Assembly (NCBI GenBank): GCA_965221165.1
Contig: CBDCRP010000003.1
Span: 2,016,001-2,080,000, forward strand
Length of the DNA stretch: 64,000 nt
Direction of reading: 5' to 3'
Source: a bacterium
Lineage (GTDB): Bacteria; UBA8248
The stretch's first letter is position 1. Each line of letters opens with the position of its first letter. Made by a program: the position numbers and the translations under genes. Below, piece after piece: positions 29,734 through 39,852 of the stretch. The notes beneath the pieces are model-generated. The model worked only from the letters and a program-made list of their open reading frames with translations, did not search any database and was not told the DNA's origin.

Positions 29734-30575
29734 GTCTGGTTTTGCATCCTTTTCTTCGAGCGCGCCAGAAACTCGCTCGCCAGCGCGAGATACGCCTGGG
29801 CGCCCGGCGAGGAGATGTCGTATGTAATCACCGGCTTCCCGTGGCTCGGCGCCTCCGCCAGGCGCACGTTCCTGGGAATCACGGCCCGGAACATCAACTC
29901 CGGCAGGTGAGAGCGCAAATCCTCGCCCACCTGACGCGATAGATTCGTCCTCGAATCATACATCGTCAACAGGATTCCGCCTATCCTGAGCTCAGGATGA
30001 ACGCTCTGGCGTATCCTGTCCACCGTTTTCATCAACCGGGCCAATCCCTCGAGCGCGAAATACTCCGCCTGGATGGGGATGAGCACCTCATCCGCCGCTC
30101 GCAGGCCGTTTAAGGTGAGAAAACCAAGGGAGGGAGGGCAGTCGATTAAAATATAACGAAACCGGCTGCGAAACGGTTCGAGAGCGTTCAGCAAACGACT
30201 CTCCCTTTGCGGCAAATCCGCTATCTCCACCTCCGCGCCGGCCAGGTCGATGGAGGAGGGTAAAAGTTTTAGCCCTTTAATTTCAGTATGATGTAAGGAT
30301 TCATCGCCAAGGGAATCACCCAGCACCAGCGCCCTGTACAAAGAAGATTCAGGCGTAAATAAAGCGAAATTACTCGTTGCGTTCGATTGCGGGTCCATGT
30401 CGACCAGCAAGGTCGGCTCATCCGCCACGCCGAGACAGGCCGCCAGGTTCACGGCCGTCGTCGTCTTTCCGACGCCTCCTTTCTGGTTCACGACGGCCAC
30501 GACCGTACAAGGGCCTCCGTTCGCGCCGGCTTCGGTAACGCTCGATGAGATCGTTGCTCCGGGCCTCGTTTCCAT
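29721..30575 (-). CDS. parA: chromosome partitioning ATPase ParA/Soj
   Basis: NQKGGVGKTTT, DCPPSLG, IPRNVRLAEAPSHG. Confidence 0.95.
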   Translation of the reverse strand: METRPGATISSSVTEAGANGGPCTVVAVVNQKGGVGKTTTAVNLAACLGVADEPTLLVDMDPQSNATSNFALFTPESSLYRALVLGDSLGDESLHHTEIKGLKLLPSSIDLAGAEVEIADLPQRESRLLNALEPFRSRFRYILIDCPPSLGFLTLNGLRAADEVLIPIQAEYFALEGLARLMKTVDRIRQSVHPELRIGGILLTMYDSRTNLSRQVGEDLRSHLPELMFRAVIPRNVRLAEAPSHGKPVITYDISSPGAQAYLALASEFLARSKKRMQNQTWRR

Positions 30576-30650
30576 GTCTCGTTTTCAGAGCGGATGAAAA
30601 TAGATTCTGTAACCAAAGATTCTCACACCGCCTCGTAAAATTCAACCGAA

Positions 30651-30666
30651 AGTTTCACGTGGAACA
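30651..30666. promoter_or_regulatory. parS site
   Basis: AGTTTCACGTGGAACA, close to the consensus, upstream of parA. Confidence 0.8.
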
Positions 30667-30693
30667 ATTTTTGGGGGATTTTTCTTGTGCGAA

Positions 30694-30709
30694 TGTTCCA
30701 CGTGGAACA
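30694..30709. promoter_or_regulatory. parS site
   Basis: Perfect palindrome TGTTCCACGTGGAACA. Confidence 0.92.
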
Positions 30710-30811
30710 ATGGGGCTCGAACAGTGCAAATTGACTGGTAGAGACAGGTCGCGACCTGTCCCTGCGTGTTCCAGGAAAACACGTTAAAGGCGGACGGGGC
30801 GAGGATTCTCC

Positions 30812-31488
30812 GTAGGGGCCGTTCGAGAACGGCCCCTACAAAGGCGCATTCTTTTCCTTGCCGCACGAGAACGATCAAAACACCGTCATTCCGGCGCATG
30901 CCGGAATCCAGGCTTTCAAAAAATGAAATATACAACGCCGGGCATTTCTGGATCCCGCATTCAAGCCCTGCGGGATGACGAGTAAGGCGAAAATCAATCC
31001 TAACCCAAAAGGGAGGAAATACCGCAACATGGGTGTTTTTCATCGGTTCTGGTCAACCTTTCGGTTGCCACCAACATGCGGCGGAATGACGGTGTTCTAT
31101 AGGGGTTTTCGGACAAGGAGAGAGAGGTTGCGGCTTTTCCGATGATGTAGGCTTCAAAACCACTCCCCCTTGAGGGTCATTGCCGACTGGGAAGGGAGGG
31201 AATGTCGCAGAAGCCTTTGCCGTAGGGACTGGCCCTTGCGCCTGTCCTGGTCGTATCCACCTCATGGAAGGACAACTACGGGGGGTTGTCCGACTACAAA
31301 AGAATCTCCCCCATCCCCTACGCCGGTGGGGGGATGTAGGGGCGGACCCGTGTGTCCGCCCGCCTCTGCTCCTCCCTTGAGGTCAATCGCGACCGGGAAG
31401 GGAGAGATTGAATTACCCCGACAGATGAAAGCAGGGATTACTCAGGGGTGGATATAAATACCGGGCGGACACACGGGTCCGCCCCTAC
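30812..31488. repeat. REP cluster (GTAG and CGTC types) including an inverted REP pair
   Basis: GTAGGGGCCGTTCGAGAACGGCCCCTAC (30812); CGTCATTCCGGCGCATGCCGGAATCCAG (30884); GTAGGGGCGGACCCGTGTGTCCGCCC at 31336 and its exact inverse at 31463-31488. Confidence 0.85.
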
Positions 31489-31532
31489 GCCAACACAAAA
31501 TCCCCTCCCCACCGACCCGAGCGATGGAGCCA

Positions 31533-33449
31533 TCAGGCCGGCGAGGGGGCCTGCTCCTGTGAATTTCCGCTCTGTTTTCGGATATACACCTCCAGCACGG
31601 CGATGGCGGCGGGCGTCACGCCCGAAATGCGGCTCGCCTGCCCGAGGGTTTTGGGCCGTATCTCCTGAAGCCTCTGGCGCACCTCGGCGGTCAGGTGGCC
31701 CACCTCGGCATAGGAGAGGCTTTCGGGTATCTTCACCCTGTCCGCCATCCTCAAATGGGAGACCTGCTGGTATTCCCTCTCGAAATACTCCTTGTATTTC
31801 ACTTCCGCCAGCACGTATCGCCGCGATTCCCCCTCCAGCGCCTCCCAAATCTCGCAGAATCCGCCTTTGTTGATGGAATCGACCCGCATCGCCAGTTCGG
31901 GACCGGCTTCGGGGCGTCTCAGAATATCGCCCAGGGTCGATGGCTTTTTGAGCGCCTTGGAGCCCGCCGCCTCCATGGCGTTTCGCACGTCCGGCTTGGG
32001 CGTCACGGTCGTGGTCTCGATGTATCCGATGGCCTCCGCCGCGCGTTTCGCCTTCATCTCAAAGGCGCGATAGGTATTTTCATCCAGAGAGCCGACCTTG
32101 TGGCCCAACTCCATCAACCGGAAATCGGCATTGTCGTGGCGAAGCAGGAGCCTGTGCTCGGCCCGGCTGGTGAACATCCGGTAGGGCTCGGTCGTTCCCT
32201 TGGTGATGAGATCATCGACCAAAACGCCGATATAGGCCTCTTCCCGGCTCAAAACGACGGGTTCCTCACCACGTAAATGCCGTACGGCGTTGATTCCCGC
32301 CATGATTCCCTGGGCCGCGGCCTCCTCATAGCCGGTCGTCCCGTTAATCTGGCCGGCATGGAAGAGACCCGGCATCTTTTTCGTCATCAGGCCTGGGTCG
32401 AGCTCGGTCGGCTCCACGTAGTCATACTCCACGGCGTAGCCCGGACGCATCATCTCGGCTCTTTCTAAGCCTTTGATTGTTCTTAACATACGGATTTGAA
32501 CGTCCACCGGCAGGCTGGTGGAAAGACCGTTCACGTAGATTTCACAAGTCTCGCGTCCTTCGGGCTCCAGGAATATCTGGTGCTCCTGCTTGCCCTCGAA
32601 CCGCATGATTTTATCCTCGATGCTCGGGCAATAACGCACGCCGACCGCGTCGATCTGGCCGTTGTACATCGGCGCGCGCTCGATGTTCTCCCGAATGACC
32701 GCGTGCGTCTCGGGGTTCGTGTAGGTAATCCAGCAGGGTATCTGCTCCTGTTCGATGGCGGGGGTGCGGTAGGAGAACGGAAGCGGAGGGTCGTCCCCGG
32801 GCTGGACGTCAAGTATTTGAAAATCAATGGATTTCGCGTCCAGCCGGGGAGGCGTTCCCGTTTTCATGCGCCCTAAGGCGAAGCCGAACGAAACGAGTTG
32901 GTTCGTCAGTTCGTTCGCCGAACCCTCGCCCGCGCGCCCGCCTTCGACTTTTCTGTCGCCATAGTGCAGAAGGCCGCGCGTGAAGGTGCCCGGCGTCAGA
33001 ACGACGGCCCGGGCCTCATAGGTTTCACCGAAATGATCGCAAAGGCCGGCTATCGCGCCGTCGTTCACCAGCAGCCTTTGCACCATTCCCTGCTTGAGGT
33101 CGAGTCTCGCCTGGCTTTCCACCGCGTTTTTCATGTAGGCGCGGTATCGCTGCTTGTCCGCCTGGGCGCGCAAAGCCTGTACGGCCGGGCCTTTTTTCGT
33201 GTTCAGCATGCGAAACTGGATGCCCGTGGCGTCGATGGCGCGCGCCATCTCGCCTCCCAGCGCGTCCACCTCGCGCACCAGAACGCCCTTGGCCAGCCCG
33301 CCGATGGCCGGATTGCACGACATGAGGCCCACGGTGTCGAGGTTCATCGTGAGCATCATGGTTCGGGCACCCATGCGCGCAGCGGCCAGGGCCGCCTCGC
33401 AACCGGCGTGTCCGCCGCCCACGACGATGACGTCATACGAAAAATTCAA
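31533..33449 (-). CDS. mnmG: tRNA uridine-5-carboxymethylaminomethyl(34) synthesis enzyme MnmG (GidA)
   Basis: [45 protein letters not shown]. Confidence 0.97.
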   Translation of the reverse strand: MNFSYDVIVVGGGHAGCEAALAAARMGARTMMLTMNLDTVGLMSCNPAIGGLAKGVLVREVDALGGEMARAIDATGIQFRMLNTKKGPAVQALRAQADKQRYRAYMKNAVESQARLDLKQGMVQRLLVNDGAIAGLCDHFGETYEARAVVLTPGTFTRGLLHYGDRKVEGGRAGEGSANELTNQLVSFGFALGRMKTGTPPRLDAKSIDFQILDVQPGDDPPLPFSYRTPAIEQEQIPCWITYTNPETHAVIRENIERAPMYNGQIDAVGVRYCPSIEDKIMRFEGKQEHQIFLEPEGRETCEIYVNGLSTSLPVDVQIRMLRTIKGLERAEMMRPGYAVEYDYVEPTELDPGLMTKKMPGLFHAGQINGTTGYEEAAAQGIMAGINAVRHLRGEEPVVLSREEAYIGVLVDDLITKGTTEPYRMFTSRAEHRLLLRHDNADFRLMELGHKVGSLDENTYRAFEMKAKRAAEAIGYIETTTVTPKPDVRNAMEAAGSKALKKPSTLGDILRRPEAGPELAMRVDSINKGGFCEIWEALEGESRRYVLAEVKYKEYFEREYQQVSHLRMADRVKIPESLSYAEVGHLTAEVRQRLQEIRPKTLGQASRISGVTPAAIAVLEVYIRKQSGNSQEQAPSPA

Positions 33450-33637
33450 GCGAAAACCTCCAAAAATTCACAAATTTATATCAAACAGCGCGTACTTATC
33501 TAAATTTATACAAATTCAACGTCGAAACATCGCTGTTCATTACAGAGAACTCAAGTTTTTGTCGATCACCTGTGTCAACCAACCAATATAGTGCAGCCCC
33601 CGAAGCGATCGGCACACATCGACGATTCGTAGGGTTT

Positions 33638-34300
33638 TCACTGTTTCCAAGCGTTCGTCATTCCTCGGTTAGGAACGTAGCGATAGATATGGTCAAGCCT
33701 ATGCCTGGTCCACCACTTGAACTTTATCTCATTCAAGTGGCCTTTATCATCCAAGCCAACGTGTATGATTTCCAATGAGGTATCTTCGCAATCCCTTCTT
33801 GAGCTAATTTTCCATCCCTTTCCAGCCGGGAATTTGCATCTGCCTGTATAGTAATACCTTGGCCCTCGGCTATCGTAGACCCTCCCGATGCCTTCACTAT
33901 GACATGTGAAATACTGGACTTTATGTCTATTCAACTTTTCCCGGACCCAGACCATTTCATTCTCGCCAGATTCGAGATTTGACCATTTCTTCGGGCCCCG
34001 TATCCTCGTCAGGCTCCTGCGATTGACACTGAAAGTGTTATCGGCCTTATGCATGCATGGCCCGTCCTTGCGGCCATCCCATTTTGCGCCGGTCCAGAGA
34101 TGATACGGCACGAACAACTCGCGAGTCCGGCAATCGTAGAGGTTTTTGACGTGCCATGGGGACGAACTTGGCGGGTAACTCGCGCATGCGAGCTTGTGGA
34201 AACTCTGGGCCGCCGTGTCTTCGGCCCATATTGGCGTAACGAAACAAAAAAACCATCCACCAGCAAGAAGGGCCAGCGCTGCCATGCGTAGGATCTTCAT
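33638..34300 (-). CDS. hypothetical exported Cys-containing protein
   Basis: GAGG RBS, signal-peptide-like N-terminus, 220 aa, AT-richer than neighbours. Confidence 0.6.
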   Translation of the reverse strand: MKILRMAALALLAGGWFFCFVTPIWAEDTAAQSFHKLACASYPPSSSPWHVKNLYDCRTRELFVPYHLWTGAKWDGRKDGPCMHKADNTFSVNRRSLTRIRGPKKWSNLESGENEMVWVREKLNRHKVQYFTCHSEGIGRVYDSRGPRYYYTGRCKFPAGKGWKISSRRDCEDTSLEIIHVGLDDKGHLNEIKFKWWTRHRLDHIYRYVPNRGMTNAWKQ

Positions 34301-34435
34301 TTCTATCTCCTCGTGATAGAGCCCTCATCCATAATAAAACGAGGTGATGGGATGAAATCGCCTTCACGATACCGACTGTGCGTCAAAGTTTTTCTCTTGC
34401 CGAGCTTGCAAAACTCAACTGTTCTTTCATTATTA

Positions 34436-35860
34436 TTATTTTCCGATGCAAAACGTGGAAAAAATCTTGTCCAGCAGCGCCTGCCCGTAATCTCTGCCCA
34501 GGAGTTCAGAGAGCGCGGTTTGCGCCTCGTTCAGGTGGACCGCCACCAGTTCGGGCGAAAGTTCTCCCTGCGCACCCGCCTTTGCGCTTCTCACGGCTTC
34601 CAGGCATTTCGCTATCTGGCCGTGGTGCCGCTCCCTCGTGAGCACCGATTCGCCGCCCGAAAGCCCTTCCTGGCCGATCAAAACACGCGCCACCTCTTCG
34701 CGCAACCGGGGGAGCCCCTCGCCAGTGAGGGCGGAAATAAAGAGCGCCTCCCCGGCCCCCGGCGCCGACTCGCCTAAAAAAGCGCGGGCGCGCGCTCTCT
34801 CCTCAGCAGACGCTTTGTCTATCTTGTTGAAAACAAACAAGTTTTGGAAATCCGCGCCCTGCGCCTCCTGTGCGGCCCACGCCACCTCTTCATCCCCCGC
34901 CGTGACGTCCACGACCATCAGGCTCAAATCAGCTTCTTCCGCTGCCTTGCGGGCGCGCCCGGTCCCTTCCAGTTCCACCGGATCTCCGGTATCGCGCAGC
35001 CCCGCCGTGTCGATGAGCCGCACCGGCGCGCCTCCCAAGTCGCAAACTTCTTCCACCGTATCCCGCGTGGTGCCCGGAATCTCGCTGGTGATGGCGCGAT
35101 CCGCCCCCAAAAGCGCGTTCAGGAGGGTGGATTTCCCCGCATTGGGCCTGCCGAGAATGGCCACCCGCGCGCCTTCTCTCAGGATTCTGCCGGAGCGATA
35201 GCTCTCGATGAGCCGCTCTAGCGCGGTCTCCATCTCCTCAAAAAGGCCCGCGAGTTCCGCGCTTCCCATGGGAGCGCCCGAAACAGAGGGGCCCGCGCCC
35301 GGCTCGAACTCGTCCGGGAAATCTATGACCGCTTCTATGTGCGCGCCCGCTTCCACCACCTTCTCCCATACTTTTTCCAGGGCCCTGGAAAGGCGTCCTT
35401 CCAGATGATGGAGTGCGGCTTTCGCCGCTTTTTCGGTTTGGGCGGTCACGAGGTCCGCCACGGCTTCGGCCTGGAGCAGGTCGATCTTTCCCTCCAAGAA
35501 GGCGCGCCGGGTGAATTCGCCCTCTACGGCCGGTCTGGCCCCCTGCTCCCGGGCGAGGCGCAGGATGCTCCCCACGATGGCCGGGCCGCCGTGGCAGTGC
35601 ATCTCGGCCACGTCCTCGCCGGTGACCGAACCGGGACCGGGATGAAAGAGCGCCACGCCCTCATCGAAGGCCTGGCCCCCGTCCATGAAACGCCCCAGCA
35701 CGGGCCTTCTCTCGGGAAAGGCGCTTCTTTCTTTCCTGGGCGTGAAGATCTCCGTGAGAATGGGGAGTGCTTTCGCTCCGCTCAGGCGGACGACCGCGAT
35801 GGCCCCGCGACCCGGAGCCGTCGACAGCGCGACGATGGTCTCCCTCTCAAAATCGCTCAT
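34436..35860 (-). CDS. mnmE: tRNA modification GTPase MnmE (TrmE)
   Basis: TIVALSTAPG, GRPNAGKS, GTTRD, DTAG, FSTFCIGK. Confidence 0.97.
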   Translation of the reverse strand: MSDFERETIVALSTAPGRGAIAVVRLSGAKALPILTEIFTPRKERSAFPERRPVLGRFMDGGQAFDEGVALFHPGPGSVTGEDVAEMHCHGGPAIVGSILRLAREQGARPAVEGEFTRRAFLEGKIDLLQAEAVADLVTAQTEKAAKAALHHLEGRLSRALEKVWEKVVEAGAHIEAVIDFPDEFEPGAGPSVSGAPMGSAELAGLFEEMETALERLIESYRSGRILREGARVAILGRPNAGKSTLLNALLGADRAITSEIPGTTRDTVEEVCDLGGAPVRLIDTAGLRDTGDPVELEGTGRARKAAEEADLSLMVVDVTAGDEEVAWAAQEAQGADFQNLFVFNKIDKASAEERARARAFLGESAPGAGEALFISALTGEGLPRLREEVARVLIGQEGLSGGESVLTRERHHGQIAKCLEAVRSAKAGAQGELSPELVAVHLNEAQTALSELLGRDYGQALLDKIFSTFCIGK

Positions 35861-36009
35861 CCGCTTCGCCACTTTCCATCGCTTGAGAATGTGCGCGCGC
35901 ACATCCGAGCCGCGCACAGCGTGTTCGTCCGTAATGAAGCCGATTTACGCTTCGATTGCAAGGGGTTGCTTCTCTTTTGGGGGTCAATTCCGGCAATCAT
36001 GGAGAGGCT

Positions 36010-36445
36010 GTAGGGGCGGACCCGTGTGTCCGCCCGTTCTTATAGTGCTCGCATCCGCACGGGAGAACGCACGGGTGGCAGACATATATGTCTGACCCTA
36101 CGAAACTACCGCGTCTCCCGTAGGGATAACCCTTTTGGGTTGTCCTGCCCCCTGTGGTTGTCCTCTTTCAGGACAGGCGCGGGAGTGCCGGACAGGCGCG
36201 GGGGCCTGTCCCTACGCTCGATTCCTCTCTCGTAGGGGCCGTTCGCGAACGGCCCTTGCCGATGCAAGCGGGCGCTTCACGAAGCGCCCCTACGGAACCG
36301 TCGCCGTTCACGGTTTTGGTGTAGGGGCCGCATACATGCGGCCCGCGAGGGAAGCCCGATTCTCAAGGGGGGAGTGATTTTGAAAACCACGCCGTCCGCT
36401 TGGTCGACCTATCGATCGCCGCTGTCATACGCAGGAATGACGAGA
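36010..36445. repeat. REP cluster (GTAG type, several head-to-head pairs)
   Basis: GTAGGGGCGGACCCGTGTGTCCGCCC (36010, identical to 31336), GTAGGGATAACC, GTAGGGGCCGTTCGCGAACGGCCC, GTAGGGGCCGCATACATGCGGCCC. Confidence 0.85.
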
Positions 36446-36516
36446 CAAAACCAATCAGGGAAAATGGGTGTCCAATATAGGGATCGTGTATGTGTGGCAA
36501 GCCTGCGACGCCGCTC

Positions 36517-37545
36517 CTACGCTTTCCTGGAATGATCCGCCAGGCCGCGCAGGAGGGTTTCGCGGGAGACGGCGCCGACCACGGAGCCCGCGGCGTCCAC
36601 CACCAGCAGGGGCGCCTCGCTCTCCAGGCACCTGGGCAGCATGTCCTGAAGCACGGTGTCGCGCGAGACGGTCGGCCCGGTCGTCTCCCCGCCGGGCGGC
36701 GTCATGATCGAACCCGCCGTCACCACGCGACCTCGCTTCACGTCGCGCACGAACTCGCGCACGTAGTCGGTGGCCGGGTTCAGCAGAATCTCCTCGGGTT
36801 CGCCTATCTGGTCGACCACGCCGTCTTTCAGGATGGCGACGTGGTCGCCGAGTTTGAGCGCCTCGTCCAGATCGTGGGTGATGAACACGATGGTCTTTTT
36901 GAGGTCGCGCTGGAGCGCGATGAGGTGTTCCTGCATCTGCTTGCGGATCAAGGGGTCCAGGGCGCTGAAGGGCTCGTCCATGAGCAGGATGTCGGGGTCC
37001 GTGCACAGGGCGCGCGCCAGACCCACCCGCTGCTGCATGCCGCCCGAGAGCTGGGCCGGATAGGCGTTCTCATAGCCGATGAGGCCCACGTCCTCTATCC
37101 ACCCCATCGCGCGCCGGCGGCGCGCGCCGAGCGCCATTCCCTGCACCTCGAGGCCGTAGCCCACGTTCTCTATGACCGTCATGTGCGGGAAGAGCGCGAA
37201 TCGCTGGAAGACCATGCTCGCGGCGCCCCGGCGAAACGCGAGCAACTCTTCCTGGGAGAGCTTGAGAACGTCCCTTCCGTCCACAAGCACCTGGCCGGTG
37301 GTCGGGTCGATCAGCCGGTTGATGTGGCGGATGAGGGTCGATTTTCCCGAACCCGAAAGACCCATGACCACGAATGTCTCGCCTCGCTCGACGGAGAGGC
37401 TCACGTCCTTGAGTCCCAGCGTGCAACCGGTCTCGGCCAGTACGTCGTTCTTCTCGACTCCCGCGCGGGCCAGGTCGAGCGCGGTTTCCCCCGCGCGTCC
37501 CGTTCCGAATATCTTGTAGACGTTTCGTATCTCGATCAGCGCCAT
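36517..37545 (-). CDS. proV: glycine betaine/proline ABC transporter ATP-binding protein
   Basis: VMGLSGSGKSTL, LSGGMQQRVGLARAL, MDEPFSALDPLIR. Confidence 0.92.
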   Translation of the reverse strand: MALIEIRNVYKIFGTGRAGETALDLARAGVEKNDVLAETGCTLGLKDVSLSVERGETFVVMGLSGSGKSTLIRHINRLIDPTTGQVLVDGRDVLKLSQEELLAFRRGAASMVFQRFALFPHMTVIENVGYGLEVQGMALGARRRRAMGWIEDVGLIGYENAYPAQLSGGMQQRVGLARALCTDPDILLMDEPFSALDPLIRKQMQEHLIALQRDLKKTIVFITHDLDEALKLGDHVAILKDGVVDQIGEPEEILLNPATDYVREFVRDVKRGRVVTAGSIMTPPGGETTGPTVSRDTVLQDMLPRCLESEAPLLVVDAAGSVVGAVSRETLLRGLADHSRKA

Positions 37546-37549
37546 CGGC

Positions 37550-38458
37550 TCACTCCCTCCCGCTCGCGCGTATGAAGCGCCCGCCGTAGGCCTGGGTGAC
37601 GCGGTCCATCACGATGGCGAGCAGCACGATAGCCACGCCGGCCTCGAGGGCGCGGCCGACGTTGAGCTGCTGGAGGCCGATGAGCACCTCGATGCCGAGT
37701 CCGCGGGTTCCGATCATCGAGGCGATCACCACCATCGAGAGCGCCATCATCGTGGTCTGGTTGACTCCCTGCATGATGTTGGGCAGCGCCATCGGCATCT
37801 GCACGCGGAGGAGTTTCTGCCTCCTGCTCGCGCCCATGGCGTCTGAAGCCTCGACGATGTCCTCATCCACAAGGCGGATGCCCAAGTCGGTCAGGCGAAT
37901 CACCGGCGGGATGGCGTAGATCACCGTGGCGAAGACGGCGGGCACCGCGCCCAGGCCGAAGAGCATGATCGCCGGAATCAGATAGACGAAGCTCGGCATG
38001 GTCTGCATGAGGTCGAGTGCGGGCAGCACCATATCGCGCATCCGGTCGTTTCTCGAGATCGCGATCCCGACTGGAACGCCCAGGCCGATGCAGATGATGG
38101 TGGAGACCAGCATCACCGAAAGCGTCATCATCGAATAATCCCAGAGCCTGGGATCGACGAGACCGATCAGGAACATGCAAGCGGCCACAAGGGCGGTCAG
38201 CCCCCGCTTGCGCCCGCTCGAGAAATAGGTGAGCACGATTACGGCCGCGAACACGACGAGCCAGGGAAGATCCCGCAGGAAACGCTCCAGACCCACCAGC
38301 ACCACGAGAATGGCGTCGGAGGCGGTCTCGAAGATGACCCCGTACTCGGTGACCAGCCATTCCACGAAATCGTTGGTCCATTTGTTGAGCGGCAAATTCA
38401 GGCCCTTGGGCCACTCGACCGCCCACTCGGGGAACAGTCCGCGGATAAGCTTCATCAT
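37550..38458 (-). CDS. proW: glycine betaine/proline ABC transporter permease
   Basis: LDLMQTMPSFVYLIP, IRLTDLGIR, GVNQTTMMALSMVV. Confidence 0.92.
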   Translation of the reverse strand: MMKLIRGLFPEWAVEWPKGLNLPLNKWTNDFVEWLVTEYGVIFETASDAILVVLVGLERFLRDLPWLVVFAAVIVLTYFSSGRKRGLTALVAACMFLIGLVDPRLWDYSMMTLSVMLVSTIICIGLGVPVGIAISRNDRMRDMVLPALDLMQTMPSFVYLIPAIMLFGLGAVPAVFATVIYAIPPVIRLTDLGIRLVDEDIVEASDAMGASRRQKLLRVQMPMALPNIMQGVNQTTMMALSMVVIASMIGTRGLGIEVLIGLQQLNVGRALEAGVAIVLLAIVMDRVTQAYGGRFIRASGRE

Positions 38459-38520
38459 GGGCGGGCCTCCCCGGAACTATGGCGCAACTTCACGAGAAAA
38501 AAGCGTCGCGCGTGCGCGGA

Positions 38521-39558
38521 TCAAGCCGATTTGAGCGCCTCCTCGACCTTTTTCGCGACGTCGGCCGGAACCCAACTCTTCCAGACCTTGTTGGTCTTGA
38601 GGAAATGGATTGCGGTGGCTTTAGCGTCGCCGCTGGCTTCTTTCTCGAGATAGGCCAGCATCTTCGAGACGTCTTTGGATGGAAGCGTGTATTTCTCGAT
38701 GAAGGCGACTATCTTCGGATGCTTGGCCGCGAACTTCGTGGTGACCGACTTCGGCAGCTCCGCCGTTCGGTAGGCGGTCGCCTTTTGGGGATTTCCCAAG
38801 GCCTCCATTCCGCCTTTCTTGAGCGCGTCCATGTGCTTCAGCACCTCGTCCCAGTCGGCCTTGTTCCATTTGGGTTCTTCGAGCTGGACGAGGTCGAGTT
38901 GTCCCAGGAGCGGCGTCGGCGCCCAGTAATAGGCGAGCACCGGCTTTTTCTTGAGATACGCGCCCTTGATGGCCGCCGCGAGCGCGCCGCCCGAACCCGG
39001 CCTGAAGTTGGTGAAGTGTTTTTCCAGCCCGTAGGCGCGCAGCTTCACCGTGTTGATGACTTCGCACGACCAGCCGGGAATGCAGTTCACGAACCGGCCC
39101 TTGGAGGGTTCTTCGGGGTCCTTGAAGAGGTGCTTGTACTTCGGCAGGTCGTAGACCGACTTGAGGCCCGGGTTCGCCTTCTGGACGAAACGCGGGATGA
39201 ACCAGCCCTGTATGCTGTCGGGCGTGTTGGCGCCCACCTGCTTGACCTTGCCGCTCTTCATGGCGGGGTCGTACTGCGCCTTCACGTTGTCGTACCAGAC
39301 CTCCATGACAATGTCGTTTTTCCCCTCGTAGTGGGCCGACATGATCGGCAGCGTGCCGCCGTAGATCAAAGTCACCCGGCAGCCGTAGCCGTGCTCCAGG
39401 ATGAAGGCCGTCACCTGATCGTGAAAATTGGCGCTGTCCCAGTTCAAATCGCCGATGCGGACCCTGCAGGCGGCTTCGGCCCTGGTGGGGATGGATACGA
39501 ACGCCGCCGCTCCGATAGCGATGGTCAAAATGAAGATAAGCAAAACTCTGGATTTCAT
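38521..39558 (-). CDS. proX: glycine betaine/proline ABC transporter substrate-binding protein
   Basis: Signal peptide, LNWDSA, ILEHGYGC, CIPGWSC, YYWAPT; start at ATG 39558. Confidence 0.85.
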   Translation of the reverse strand: MKSRVLLIFILTIAIGAAAFVSIPTRAEAACRVRIGDLNWDSANFHDQVTAFILEHGYGCRVTLIYGGTLPIMSAHYEGKNDIVMEVWYDNVKAQYDPAMKSGKVKQVGANTPDSIQGWFIPRFVQKANPGLKSVYDLPKYKHLFKDPEEPSKGRFVNCIPGWSCEVINTVKLRAYGLEKHFTNFRPGSGGALAAAIKGAYLKKKPVLAYYWAPTPLLGQLDLVQLEEPKWNKADWDEVLKHMDALKKGGMEALGNPQKATAYRTAELPKSVTTKFAAKHPKIVAFIEKYTLPSKDVSKMLAYLEKEASGDAKATAIHFLKTNKVWKSWVPADVAKKVEEALKSA

Positions 39559-39601
39559 GGTTGGCCCCCTGTTCTCGTTGTGTGAGTCGGTCGATTCGAA
39601 G

Positions 39602-39636
39602 AAAAAATTGGAGCCTTCTTGCAAGAGAGAGTCCAA
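39602..39636 (-). terminator. terminator-like hairpin in the proX leader
   Basis: Minus strand UUGGACUCUCUCU-UGCA-AGAAGGCUCCAA-UUUUUU, ~45 nt upstream of the start codon. Confidence 0.5.
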
Positions 39637-39852
39637 CCCCTCTCCCAAGGCCCCTGCGGATTCGCTTGCGGACTGACTTTGCGGCGCCCCTGAACCGCCT
39701 CTTTGACGAAAACAAGCGGCAAGCGGGATCAAAAACCACACCACACCGAACAAGTTTTCGCCTTTTTTGCGCTGACACTTCTTTTCTTTCAAAAATTACC
39801 AATCATGCTAACATTGTTTGAGTGTTCATATCCACTAAAAAGCGAGGCGCTC

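Noticed and set aside
30767-30781. Third parS-like sequence TGTTCCAGGAAAACA
   Set aside because: 15 bp with a disrupted core; too degenerate to call.
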